From positions 682,001 through 746,000 of the forward strand of contig JAMWBK010000002.1 in the NCBI GenBank assembly GCA_029953675.1: a stretch of 64,000 nucleotides of DNA. Reading direction: 5' to 3'. Position 1 is the stretch's first letter. Every line of letters starts with the position of its first letter. This DNA comes from Rhodosorus marinus CCMP1338. Lineage: Eukaryota; Plantae; Rhodophyta. Positions 50,220 through 62,757 of this stretch are shown piece after piece. The notes under the pieces were generated by a model. That model saw nothing but the letters and a program-made list of their open reading frames with translations. It was not told where the DNA came from and did no database searches. Both the position numbers and the translations under genes were made by a program.

Positions 50220-51309
50220 ATGGGAGGCTTTTTGGCTAAGGTTGGGTTTTGCTTGTGGTGGATAATGGAGTGTTGGATGTGTTTCCAAAACATCACCGTG
50301 GTAGTGACTCCCAAGAAGCGATTGAAAAACGGCGTGCTTTTGCTGTACACAGATTTCATGCTGCCGGGGGATGAGTACGCTGCTGGATTCTTCCAGGTTG
50401 TCAGATCTCCTTAGAAGCGAGGGGTACGCGGTTCATCAGCTCGCGCGTTTCGGTTCATCAGAGAAGCGGGAAAACCTATCATTTCTTCTGTGGGCAAGTC
50501 TGTGTACCCCGTTCTTGGCAACTTGAACACTGGCAAACGGGTTGAAATGTGCTCAAGGAGTCCTCAGATAATACAGCCAAGCTCTCACTACCCCCTTCTT
50601 GGATTACGCTCTTCCAGCTGTAGTGGAGTGAGTTAATGAGCTGCTTCATGTCAAGACTTTCAATCCAAGAATATCGTTGTGATATGGACTTGTTCCACTA
50701 TGCAGTGGTGACTCGACTGGAAAGCAATTAGGGGGGCTGTGGCGATGCTGGGGAAGGCAGTCAGCAAATCTGTTGTCTGCTGTACAAGCAATTTCATTTC
50801 GACTAAGAAGCTGTCACTCATCGAGAAGTAGCGACGAAGGGATTAGGAAATCGAAGGATAAGGAAGTCTACCCCGACTGCACTACTAGATCTCGTGGGGA
50901 AGTTGTGACAGTTTCACCAAGTGCGTGTACGAAAGCCACGTACGTACAAATGTTCGATGAACGCCTACGGATCTTCGACGCCGGGAGAACGTAATGCTTT
51001 GACCGGAGCAATCTGAATTGACTTATCCAATATTCTCCGAAGACAGAGAAATTGCCTCGATCCCCTTTTAGTCCGAAGCCAACTCAGAACAATGGGATTA
51101 TTTAAAAAGAGGTACAGCTGCAAAATTGAGACAGGAAATCGGCGGTGGACTACTGTACTTTGACTACCAAAGTCCACACATACTACCTAACGTTGAATGT
51201 GCGGACTTTGGTAGTCGAAGTGCCGACTAAGAAGTTGCAAGTGGAAACTGAAGCAAGGAAGATCGCTGAGTTGGACAGGTGGGCGCCAGGAGCCAACGTA
51301 GAGGAGTAG
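50220..51309 (+). CDS. Possible multi-exon hypothetical gene
   Basis: MGGFLAK start, several donor/acceptor pairs, coding-like last frame ..VPTKKLQVETEARKIAELDRWAPGANVEE*; joins not resolved. Confidence 0.3.
51157..51221. repeat. 65-nt inverted repeat (25-bp stem with 2 imperfect pairs, 15-nt loop)
   Basis: ACTTTGACTACCAAAGTCCACACAT..ATGTGCGGACTTTGGTAGTCGAAGT. Confidence 0.92.
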
Positions 51310-53425
51310 CAGAGCGGACATCCTCGTGCTGCAAACAAGTTCAGTCCTAGACGAACGCGGAGACTATCTGACACCAGAATAGCAATCCGCAAATCTCTTT
51401 TGGGGGTGGCCGCAGGCACGATATCCCCCCCAACCACGTGCACAATGTCTCCGGCGCAATTGAGCGCACTGCATCGACTTTCCTCTGTATCGAAAGAAAA
51501 TCCTTCGCTCCTGTACAGACCACCGCCCAATCCTCTCTGGTACGGTCGGACGCCACCCAGATCAAGATCCCGCCATCTACCAATCCTACACGAACAAGCT
51601 TTGATCAGACCACATGGTAGCCGATGTTTTTGGCGAAACAAGCATCGTCCAATCTGCCCACGCATGTTGACCGGACCAAGATTCTTCCTTCAACCAATGA
51701 TCGACCGTTGATTTTTTTCGAAATCCAATCGCTCACTTCCGACACCATCATGATTTTAATTTTTCCCTCCAAAAATAAACCTTTGCAATCAACACCGGGT
51801 CGTATCTGTAAAAAGATCTTCTAAAAGATCCAAATTGGTCCGTGTGAAGCGACTACGATGAGTGCAACACGCCCACTTCCTGGTAATTTCATTATTTCTG
51901 AAACAAACCCATGGCGACCGATCAATCATATCGGTATCCATATGGGGGGGAAATCTGGTCACATCGGACCTATAAAATATCTCTTTTTGGATCCATCGTG
52001 GCTGAATTCCGGAATTCAGATACTCATTTGGTTAGGGGTCGTAGTGAAAACAAGTTCCTTACACGCCCAACGCTATGGAGCAAAAAAAAACAAAGAAGGT
52101 TGGAAGAACTTGGCTGGCTGCCGTTTGACCAAAATCATCATAATCGTTTAGCCCTTAAAAAAGAACGTAGCTCAGATATTTTCCCCCAACGATAAATCGA
52201 GGCTCTTCTTTATCACCCATTCCAGTTGGTTCTCGAGTCTTCAATACCGGCAAAACATTGAGTAAAAATAGAGTAACACAAGTGCAAATATCACCAAGAT
52301 CGAACAAGTTTTTCATAACTTCTAATCAATATATCATTAAACTGGATCGACAGTTCACAAAATTTATACAAGACAATATTCCAAGTCCCTATAGAACCAC
52401 AACTTCTCTCATATCGTGAAATAAAAATTAGATATGAAAGAATTATATACAAATACTATATTTTGGCAAGGCTCTCTAAAAGTTCTTAAATAAATGAAAC
52501 CGCCAACGAAACGGTATAATTTAAATCTTGTTATGAAAACTTCAAAGAGTGGTGGAATATGGCTTCTAATCATCTGAGGTATCAGCCAACTACCACCCGT
52601 TTTTTTCTCAGAATTTGAAGACCGCGCTGGTTTTCATGGAATCTAACTTATAAATGGGCCGATGTTCAGGGAGAGGGATGGATTGAGAATTGAGATCTTT
52701 CAAACACCCCTAGTTTTTGGGATTTAACAAAACAGGATTTTTAATGCCTTAATGAACATATTTGTACGATATCTGCATGGTTTGCGTTTGTGAAGGGGGT
52801 TAAAAATTTGGCCTCGGAGAATATGGGGACAGGTTTTGGGACGGTTTGGACTAAGTTATTCAAAGGAAAAAAATGATCCCAACTGGTGTGTCGGTGAGAG
52901 GGAACATATTTACTTTTTCGCATTTGTTTTCGTAGATTGTTTGGTGGGGAGTTGCCTGGGGGGGGGGGGGTTGGTTAAAAGTTTTGAAACCGCAATTCTT
53001 TTTTTGGTGGGGTTTCACATGGGCATGTGAATGGAAAAGGGTCAAGGACTTTTTGGTAAGTTTTTTTTTTTTTGCGGAATATTTCTCTTCCTACTGCTTT
53101 GGGTTTTTTTGAGGGTAGAAGGGAGTGTTGTTTTGTATTGGGGAAGGTGGAGGCTCACAAAGCCCGGGGGGTTGGGAGGGGGGTAGTGAAACAAGAGGGT
53201 GAAAAAAGCAAAGGAAAAAAAAAAGAAAGAAAAGAAACAGCTAGGTGTTTTTCTTTTTTCAAGTGAGGGAGAACAAGAGGCAATATTAATGAGATGTGTG
53301 CATGCATGAGCGACCACAGGTTATTAGTAGGAGTGGATGAGGGAGGCTGGACGAGTGCGATTGAGGGAGCGCATTGGGAGGTGCTGTTGAGCAAAGCTCA
53401 ACTTTCTTTTTTTTGGCGGGGAACG

Positions 53426-56416
53426 ATGGAGGAAGTTGGAGTTGATAGCAAGGTTTTATAGAGCAGGAGCATTGCTTAGGGTTTTGACCGGCTCTGTTGG
53501 GGTTTTCGCGCAGGGTTTCTTTAATTTAGGAAACTTACGTGATGGTGGTCAGGGTTGATACGGTTAGTGCCCACATGGGCGCTGACGTAGTTGGGAAGGG
53601 TGTGAGTGGGGCGAACGGAATGTTTCATCCAACTCTGGACAACAGCATGTACCATGCTAAAAGTCCCAGTCCTGCTGGTGAGTCTCGTCTGATGCCGATC
53701 AATTGAAGATTGACTCAGTCGCTAACAATATTGAACCGTTCGTTATTGCAGAGGATTATTCCGTGAACTTCAAAGAGCTGAAACTGGACGAGGATGAAGA
53801 GAAACTCTCAGTTGAAGCTTTCTGTCAGGCTTCTGACGGGACCTGTTTCACAAAACAGTTTGACGAGGATACAAAGTCTCTTTTGCTGAGTGGACTTGAT
53901 CTCGTCTCGATTTCTTTCAAGTCCCCGGCCGAATTCGTCCTTAGACGGTTGAAAGAAGTATCGCTTGCTGCGAACAAGCTCACAGAGATCGATTTGTCCA
54001 TCCTGCAAGAGTGTGAGAATATTGAGGTAAGGCAGAGAACACGCTCATGGGTCCTTCACATGTGCGCAAGCTCACCCACTTTTCTTCCGCCTGGCACTCT
54101 TAGGCTATCATGCTAAACGGCAATCGACTGGAGAACATTAATTTGTCAATGCTTGGAGCGTGTGAAAAGCTTCAACGACTCTGGCTGCACAACAACCAAC
54201 TTACTAACTTCAGCATGAATGTCATTAGCAACTTCCCCGCGCTGCAGTCACTCAGCTTGGAAAATAACTTTTTGGACAACGAATTGTCCTTGTACCCACT
54301 GGCAAAGTATGCATTACAACTGGGAACACGTGGAGTCCGGAATATGATGGTGATGCTTAGACGAGTAACCTGATTTGTAAATGTATAGGTGCCGAGTTCT
54401 GAGATCTCTACGGGTCGGAGGAAACAGCTTGAATGGAACGCTTGACGTCACCCCTCTGTTGTCGTGCAAAACCCTGTCCGTATTTGATGCAGACGCATCG
54501 GTTAAGCTGATTGCGTACACGAGCAATGCTAGCGATCTCCCCTCGCTCCCACCGGCTTTGAGGAAGCGAACACTCGACGTAGAATGGAGGGAAGAGGCAA
54601 CGTTCGCGAAGCAGATGCAGCGTGATCGCCATCTTAAGAAAATGAAGGTCCTTGCAATAGGCTTTCAACCACGGCACGTTGGCGCAATGGCCCAGCTGCT
54701 TTGTGCCTCGGGAACTCTTGAAATGATCGTTTACAAAGAGAGTATGGCGCTGAGTACGTATTCAAAGCCTCCCACAACTATGGTCATGTTTGGATGGGAG
54801 TAATTCTGAGACTGCTGCTCTTACTCTTCAGGTCCTGAGATGCTCAAGGATTATAGCATTATTCTAGTTCATCCAACAAAGGAGGAGAAGCTCCAGGAGC
54901 TCCGTATCGCGACTAAGAAACTTCCGGTTGTGGTGGTCGGAAACAGTGCCACTTACGCCGATGCTGCGAGCAGGTGCCTCCGTAAAGGTGCTCGATGCTT
55001 CATACCCGAGCCGCTAACAGAGCGAACGGCAATGAGTATCAGAAGTTTAGCGCAACAGTTTGCACGGACACAGACGAACGTGGTCATGGGACGCAGCGCT
55101 CCTCAGCGAGTACAGGCGCAGGAGAAGAAGAAGAAAATGGTGATCGATTTTGATGAGATGCGCACGATGTACGAGGGCAGGAATGGTCGAATCAAGGAGA
55201 CCCCGCGGCAGAGGTTGGAGGAGTCCGCTCTGGGAATGTTAGCTCAGAGAAAGAGAGGTCCCCTTCAGCGAGATGATTTCTCGCCAGTGGCGACGCTGTG
55301 CGGTCTCCCTGCATGCGCCGGCGAGGTTCTATTTGACGCAGTGGTTCGCTTTGATGTGACAGATGGTCTCGACGAACCGAACGCCTCAGAGATCGGAGTG
55401 AGCAAGGAGCTGCTCATGAAGTTTTGGAATGAGAGATTGAGGCACTTCGACACCGAAACTCGCCTTTTCAACATTCTATGCGGGCCGAACTCGAATCTGG
55501 CGAGTGAGGAGAATATGAAGGTACCTTGCACTCATGGGCACATGACCCCCTTGTTCCCGAAACACGAAGAAACAGCTTCTCACTTTTCTTTTATGTATTC
55601 GTAGGTGGTGATGGGCAAGCTTCTTCGCAGTCGAGGAAGTGGCTTTTCGTTGATTCGGGCAAATGCAAGGGACCAGTCGTTGAAGCAGTTGGAGGAGATT
55701 GCAACAGCGATTGTATTTTTTGGAATATCTGGTAGCATGCAACCGCTGAGGAAAAGCCAGCTGCGGAAGATCAACTTTTGCAAAGTGCTAAACACCGTGG
55801 AATCGGGCGTCTTCAACGGGTTCGCTGCCTCTCTGAGACCTGACAGATTCCAGGGTGTCCTTTGCGCTTTGAGCGATGCTGGAAACAAAGGCTATATGGA
55901 GCTTGAGGATGTTCAGCTATTTAATGCGGAGCATAGGTTGCTTGTGAATGCCGCCGTGAAGCGCTTGTTCAAAACTTACTGCGACAAGGACCAAAAGATG
56001 TCAGTTGGCGAGTTCACCAGGTTCTACTTGGCCAGTATGGATCCAACTAGTGACGCGGCTTGTAAATATTTATTCCCGGCACTGGACGCAGATCTCGATG
56101 GTTTTGTGAGCGCAGCTGATTTGGCCATAATGTACCGTAGCAAGAAGTACGATGTAGAGTTTGGAGTTTTGTGGAGTTCATTACTGGACTTGATTGGTAG
56201 TAGCAATAATTCTACGAGAACTGACCAGGTGTCCTCATCCAATATTCTAGCGTTGGCCGGGAAAGACAGGTAGGAGAATCGGAAATATTTGTATGCTTTC
56301 TTAACGTGATGCTTATGACTCACATGTTGTTTTTCATTCCCCACAGAGCGCTTTTGCTGAAGACACTGATATACATCGATGATGATATGGAGGTTGATAT
56401 TCATAGATCGCGATGA
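53426..56416 (+). CDS. LRR + pseudo-receiver (CheY-like) + PP2A regulatory B''-type EF-hand domain protein (about 813 aa)
   Basis: Exons 53426-53452, 53530-53677, 53752-54026, 54104-54306, 54389-54753, 54832-55520, 55605-56269, 56347-56416, all in phase; LxxLxLxxN repeats; LPVVVVG..CLRKGARCFIPEP; MSVGEFTRFYLA..KYLFPALDADLDGFVS. Confidence 0.82.
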
Positions 56417-57264
56417 ACCAGATTTGGTATCAGCTTTGAAAGAAAAAGCCAAGAGGAACACCCCAGCTGTGGGATACGGCCATTTTCGTTAGCCTTCGGG
56501 CGCAGGAAGTCGATCCGCTCGTAGATTTGGCGGAAGATTTGCTATTTTGTGGACGACGTGTACATGTTCTCTCGCATTTTTACGTCCACAATACTACAAT
56601 TATTTTTGAAAACTCGTGTTAATAAAGATGTTTTCCGATTAAAACTCTGAAGAAACAGCTTCCTCAAATGTAGCTGCCCCCTCGTCATGCAGAGACTCAC
56701 CGGTTGGCTGGTGCTCCGCGGAGGAAAGCTCTCGAAGAAATTGGTGGTTTTGTTGCAAGCCAAGGGTCCTGACGAGGAAGCTTCTGGTTACCAACTGGCT
56801 TCTGGAACCTCTCTCGAACAATGATTTGGGTTTCCAAAATGTAACGCATTCCGCATGAGCTGCAGGTTCTATGGATGCTCTTCATCAATGGTGCGGCTCT
56901 GGCTCTTACCCGATATCGTTCACGGGGTTTTGCTTGTGCACGGAATTCACCTACGCCGGTGGGGGAAAACAGGACCTCATGGAACGAGTGTTAGATAAAT
57001 GCGAGTTCAAACAGTCACTAGCCTCTTGAGACCCATTCCCTTTCCCTTGCGTCTCCTTCACGGGCCTAACAAAACGTAGGTATTCGATAGGAACACTGTT
57101 TCAGCTCTGCGCTTCGATAATAATCTCGCCGATGTAGGAAAGTTCGCACCAAACTTCATCGCGTGAGAGCTTTAGCGAACGGATATGAAAACTTTGGTTA
57201 AGAAAACCGAAAGAGGACGTGGAACTTGAGGAGTTTCATGAGTTTGGTCCGCTGTTTGTAGGAA

Positions 57265-57756
57265 ATGAACTGGTGGTTATCGGTCGGCGGTTTGGCGTTG
57301 TTGATTGGTCTTCTCTATGGAGGTTACGTCCTCTTGGAGAAAGAACTTTCGAAACCACCTGGATCACGTCGCAGCACCGCTGCTCCTCCACCTTTGAAGA
57401 AGAAAAAGCAGGGGAAGGAGAAGAAGCCGAAAGCTTTTGTTCCGAAGCGAGTTGAGGAGGGGGCACCTGAGATGCTCCCCGTGCCGCCCGAGGACCCAGA
57501 CGAGAAGGTTTTCGGTGGGAAGATTACAGCCCGTGTGATTGACTTAGCGGATGCTAACGAATCAGAATGGCGGAGCGTACGGACCGTTCGCCAGGATGCA
57601 CAACTTCGTGAAGCCAGGCAGAAGGTTGCCGACCAAAAGAAGCAGGAGGAGGAGGCGCAAATCGCAGATATGAAGAAGGCCGAAAAAAATCGACGGCGAA
57701 GAGAGAACAAGAAAGAAATGGACAAGCTCGTTCGAGAGCTGCAGCGTCAATCCTGA
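57265..57756 (+). CDS. Hypothetical single-pass membrane protein, Lys-rich with a C-terminal coiled coil
   Basis: Intronless 163-aa ORF; N-terminal hydrophobic anchor WLSVGGLALLIGLLYGGYVLL. Confidence 0.7.
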   Translation: MNWWLSVGGLALLIGLLYGGYVLLEKELSKPPGSRRSTAAPPPLKKKKQGKEKKPKAFVPKRVEEGAPEMLPVPPEDPDEKVFGGKITARVIDLADANESEWRSVRTVRQDAQLREARQKVADQKKQEEEAQIADMKKAEKNRRRRENKKEMDKLVRELQRQS

Positions 57757-58279
57757 ACCGGAGACGAAGACTACGGAACGTATTACCCAAGATTCCTCTA
57801 CTGCAATTGCCGACAAAAAGGACTTAAAAAAGGCTAGGTTGATACTCGAAAGCAATAAGAAACGGTTGTATTTAATATTGATTTGCCTCAAGGGATCTAA
57901 CCCCAAGGTTTTTGTTGCTGCCGACGGATGTCCGATCCCCTGGAACATCGACCGCTGTACGGCTCCGTTCGGAAATAACCTCAATAAACAACCTCATCAG
58001 GTGATCCTCTCAGAGCTGTAGCGCAGTGGATATTAGTCTTCTCACAAAACTAGTGCACTCAGGTCATTATCTTGGACATGCTCCTGGCTGAATCTGTGCC
58101 CAAGTAGAGGGGTTTTCCGTCTGATCCCATGACCTTTCTCGCTGTCGTATAGAGGTCCACTGAAGAAAGAAACAAGTCTGACCCTCATCACCAAGGATTT
58201 CGTTCATGCACAGGACCAGCAGTAGCCCGTTTCCAACGTGTTTGTAGTCAGATGCTGATTTCCGTATAGGTTCCAACAA

Positions 58280-60232
58280 TTACTTCGCATTCGACGCTTG
58301 TCTATACTTTGGCAACGAAGCCCGCATCTCCTCCTGGGACGGTCCAGAACATACACGAGCTGAGGTAAGTATGAGCTCCTCAAGGGCTTCCCTCATCCGC
58401 AAACGCCGGTCTTGTCAAAGTCCTCGACCCCAGTGCGAGGTGTCTATTGGACTCGTTCAACATGCGGTCGTATCAAGAGAAGGAGAATCCCCTAGCTTTT
58501 GCATTCCGACTAGGAGAAAACAGCAATATGCATGGAACAGACACGTCCATGGTGAAAGGAGGGCATGAGCTTACCATGGAGATATCCGGTAGTGGAAACA
58601 CAAGATAGCCCTCAGCCGAAGGCTGCTTAGTCATCGCTTGGTATGCTTGCCCCTCCTGGGTACTGCTTTGATTTACAGGTTCTGCAGGAGTGTGGACATG
58701 CTGAGTAGTGGTAGGCGGTCCTGGCTGGGTTTGATTTTCGTTTCCTGCTGTTGAAAGTTGTGAAATTGTCAGCCCTTCGGGCACTCTCATCATTCCCTTG
58801 CACGACCAACCCTTACCGTTTCCGACAGTCTCTGGCGCGGTGATTTTCGGATCAGCTGCCTGAGAGAGGGCGCCGCTCTCTGCGCTGTAGTGTGCACCTA
58901 TAGCCGTCCCGTTCGAGGGTCGTTGTGCTGTTCCCTCGAGCTGAGCATGTGACGTCTGTACAGGCCCCGCTGTTGGTGGCGATTGTTGTTGTGCTGGTGG
59001 TCGTTGCGGGGGGGCTCCTTGAGAATAGCCTGGGTGCTTAGACCAAGTACCGGCTATTGCGCGCAGTGACGAAAGGAACAGTTCAGTTGCTGCCCACAGT
59101 TTGCGTGTCTGTCTAAGCAGATTGGGGTAAACCTACTAGGACTTCCGTGAGGGTTCGGAGGCTGCTGGTGGCCCAATCCTTGGTACTGGGGCGTGGACAC
59201 ATAGCCCTGCTGTCCAGCTCGGTCGTGCCAACCCTGCTGTGGGTAGGGCGCTTGTTGCATCGGAAGGGCACCTTGTCGCGCTTGATTGAGACCCTGAGGT
59301 AGCTGTGCTCCGCCCACCCCAGGTGGGGCGTCAGGGGCAGCCTGGGGGGCTTTTGGCGACATGCCCGGCGGCCCTCCCTGTTGCGACATTCCATGTACGC
59401 CATGGGCCATGCTCTGCGGAGCTGCTGACATAGCTCCCATTTGATTTGGAGGCCCAGAAGGTGGCCCACCCATGTGGGTTGGCATTGGCCCTCGCCTTGG
59501 CGAGCCTTGAGGAGGACCTGGGTACTGACCACCGTAGTAACCAGGATACCCCATTGGTGGCGGAGGTCTCCGATGAGGCATGTAATGCCCTTGTGGACCC
59601 ATCCGTCCCGGTGGTCCCGGTGGTCCCGGTGGTCCACCTGGTCCTCCAGGGCCAGGGTACGGTCCGTTCCCGGGGGGTAAGGGCCCACCCGGGGGACCTC
59701 CCCGATACCCATAATGGAACTGACCGTAGGGAACCGACCCTGGCGGTCCAGCACCCGGCATACCCCCTTGCGCACGTGCCTTCTTTGCCGCCTCCTCCTC
59801 CAAGTCCGGGACTCCCTCCATGCCGTAAACCGATATTTCTATAGAATCACGGCCTTCAACAGCATTCGGTACTCTGGGATCATAGGCGAGAGATTTGTTA
59901 GAACGCTTCGAAAGAGCCATTAAACAGTGATGATTCTTATCTCGGAGCGGGTGGGGGAAGTGCCAGTCCCCCAAGCCGTATCCTGCATCATCCTCCTAAC
60001 CAAATCGCACTTGTCGGGATTTTGCTCACTTTTCGATGGTCTGCTTATGCAGCTGCTGGCAATGGATAACAAGACCCGACAGCATTTGAAGCCGCTTCCC
60101 ACAGTAGTTGCATTTGAAATGCTTGCTCTTCTGGTGCATCACCAAAACGCTCTCATCATTGAAGTCCCGATCGCAGTACCAGCAAAAAATCCTCTTCACA
60201 TCCTCATGATCGCGTTTCTTTTTCCTCCCCAT
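58280..60232 (-). CDS. ZNF207: ZNF207/BuGZ (SUF4-like) zinc-finger protein
   Basis: MGRKKK..FCWYCDRDF..HQKSKHFKC..C..LVIHCQQLH, VPNAVEGR, Pro/Gly/Gln-rich middle, GLEBS-like PDISM|EEMRASLPKY. Confidence 0.93.
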
Positions 60233-60925
60233 GTTTTATACCCGGCTCCTTATCCTCACGCGATAGTCTCCCCGCGCGCCGTCAAGCTAAGAGACAGGAA
60301 ACCTCTTTCAGTTCGATTTCATTGTCAATTTCAAAAACCCATTCCGATGAAACTGCTGCAAGGAACAACAAGAGGGAAAGCCACTATTCAACATACGACA
60401 ACAGAGACTACCAACGCAAGGCCCAATTATTTTGAGAAACTCCAGCACGAAACCAAAAAAAATCCAAAGCTGGCAAAGCAACGCGATTTCTAGAGATCGA
60501 AACGCACTAAAACTCTCTCTCTCCTGCCTTCCCACAACTCAAGACAAGAATCACGAAGGAGAAAATCCTCCCTCAAGGTCGACCTCGCCGGCGCCAAAGA
60601 AAGAAAACAAAGCCTGGACAACGAGACCGAAGTCGCGCCTTGTCAAACGTTTCTTACCTTCTCTAAGCTCCACATACCAAGTTGTTGCTGAACTAAGTCT
60701 ACATGAAGAAACAAGGCAAAGTCCAATGAATCGACTGACATGCCTACTTGGGTGCCCTATCACGCGAAGCTCATCCCCAGTCGTCTTCTCTTTCAATAGC
60801 ATCCTCATCTCCAGTGCATAGCATCTAGGACATCAAAATAGACAGCTGTCTCATTCAAGTATCAGAAATTTCTAAATATATGATTGAGCGTGATTTTGTT
60901 TGATATGTTTTATATTGTGCTCTTT

Positions 60926-61770
60926 TTAGGAGGATATGAGCCTAATTATGAAATTATGTATTCTACATTTTGCGCAAAAGATTGGGTTCCTCCTGTTCGT
61001 ATCGATGTCGTCTTTCGCGCTGATCGGGTAAAAAGCAATCACTTGAATGACAGTCACTGGGCTATGAGCTTCATTAGATGGCAGCCCCTGGTGAATTATC
61101 CAGAGCCTGGTTCGTGCGAATGTCCATGATGTCTTCGGTTTCTGGCTGGGGGTCGTAATGAGATCGAACAAACGCGGAAGCGTGATAGCCTGTTCCTCAC
61201 AATTCAGGGCGTTGTGGGCTCGCCATCGCGAGAGACAAATCCGGATATGGGCGCAAGGGGTCAGTACTCCCACGCTGAGGGGACCACAAGAAAAAGGACC
61301 GGAATAATAAAGCATGAAAGGCGTAGGACCCTATCAAAAAGCGTTGAAACAGTCTCAAAAGGCTTAAAAAACCATTGTACAACTTGACAAAAGGGGTGGT
61401 AAACCCTTCCTGAACAACTGATCGACCCTGTCCTGCATGGATTTCCTTTCCATGACCTGAACTAGGACGCCCTCTGCGAGTTTCTGGTTCGATATGATAG
61501 AGCCAGAAACTCGCGATATGATCGAAACCTTCACGATGCCACTACGGTCAGGGTTTTCGTGGAGTTCGATTGCATTCGGTCTTGTTAATCTTGATGACTG
61601 AGTTCGAACCTATTTCTGGGAATTTTGAAGACGTGATTGATTGGCGACCAATGCTCGAGCTGATCCTGGACTCCAAGCGGACCGGGACGAGTTGGTGATC
61701 CCAATCAAGATCACTGCGCTACTGTCAACATCCGTAAGCCAATGCACCCGCGCAGTTCTCATGCCAGACT
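60926..61770 (-). CDS. Possible multi-exon hypothetical gene
   Basis: Coding-like ORF 60926..61315 plus an upstream open frame at about 61365-61600; no family recognised. Confidence 0.3.
61476..61514. repeat. 15-bp inverted repeat (one G-U pair on +) with a 9-nt loop
   Basis: GCGAGTTTCTGGTTC-gatatgata-GAGCCAGAAACTCGC. Confidence 0.9.
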
Positions 61771-62757
61771 AATCGAGAAATTGAATATATAAAACTTATT
61801 AAAGGATATTTTACGTATAAACCAATAAAATTATAGGAACCGATACACCTGTGGATGATTGGTATGGGGATCCATTTTCGAAGCACAGCGATTGGTAGAG
61901 GAAAAAGTCAACAACCGCTTTTCAACATTAAATTAGAATTTTTGTCTTTGACTAGTATTTATAATATTAATTAAAATGCGCGCTTCCTCACAAGCACCCG
62001 CATCAGATTTAGAACCGCGTCCTAACAAGGATGGTGACATGTGGCCGAGGGGCAATCATCTTGAAACCTCAAACTTATATTTAAATTAATATAGTGGTAG
62101 AGAATGTTTACTTGTCAGGGGGGTCGTGAACCGATTCTACGCTCGACCTGGTGTTCTAAAAGTTCTCAAATCTGAGCAGCATTTCCGTTTGCTTTGGCTC
62201 TTCCCAACCCTCTACCCAACATGATAACAAATGTATTTTAAAATAAAAAGGCTATATACAGAGAACTAACCCCTCAAGTAAATGAACTCGAACCTAATCT
62301 AAGAAATCTTTCTAAATTTGTTAAGCATGACGACGGGGAGCACTAGCAATGGATTTTGGACTCCTTCGGGATAGTGACAGGTAAACTTGATAAAGGATTT
62401 CTAATCGCATATTAAGTAAATATTTTGCGTTTTTCAGTGAGGGTTGAAAGAGCAGAAATGATTTATGTGTCCTATATGGTAGTAGAGTTTCGCATCAGCC
62501 ATTGATGGACGGCTCCTGGGTAGACGGTCGGGGATAAGAATCTTGTCTGGTGTTGCTGGTGCAACAGAGGTTGTGGGGGAGGTGGGGACGGGCTGACGAT
62601 GTTGACTGGTATTCGTGGGGAGAGGTTGAAAAAGTGTCTGTCTCTCTTTCTCTAGTGAGTCTAGAGAGTTTTTCGGGCCATTGAGGAATTGTAGGTGTTT
62701 CTTTGTTGTAGCCTTTTTTGGGAAGGGCTATACCGGGCATTGCCGAGAGTCGCTGGG

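Noticed and set aside
50429-50461. CGGTTCATCAG direct repeat, 22 bp apart
   Set aside because: Single short duplication, at most tandem splice acceptors; no further copies seen
51183-51665. 160-aa minus-strand ORF with a CPLC motif, considered as Yippee or a Zn-binding protein
   Set aside because: No second Cys pair in register and no family motif; the 3' part is antisense to a more coding-like + frame
59590-59660. GGTCCC/GGTGGTCCC tandem repeats
   Set aside because: Explained by the GPPGPPGPPG coding of BuGZ
61555-61665. tRNA or C/D snoRNA suggested by GAGTTCGAACC (B-box-like) and TTGATGA..CTGA about 70 nt apart
   Set aside because: No T-stem or cloverleaf, no terminal stem, and no guide I could match to rRNA; an Rfam scan would settle it
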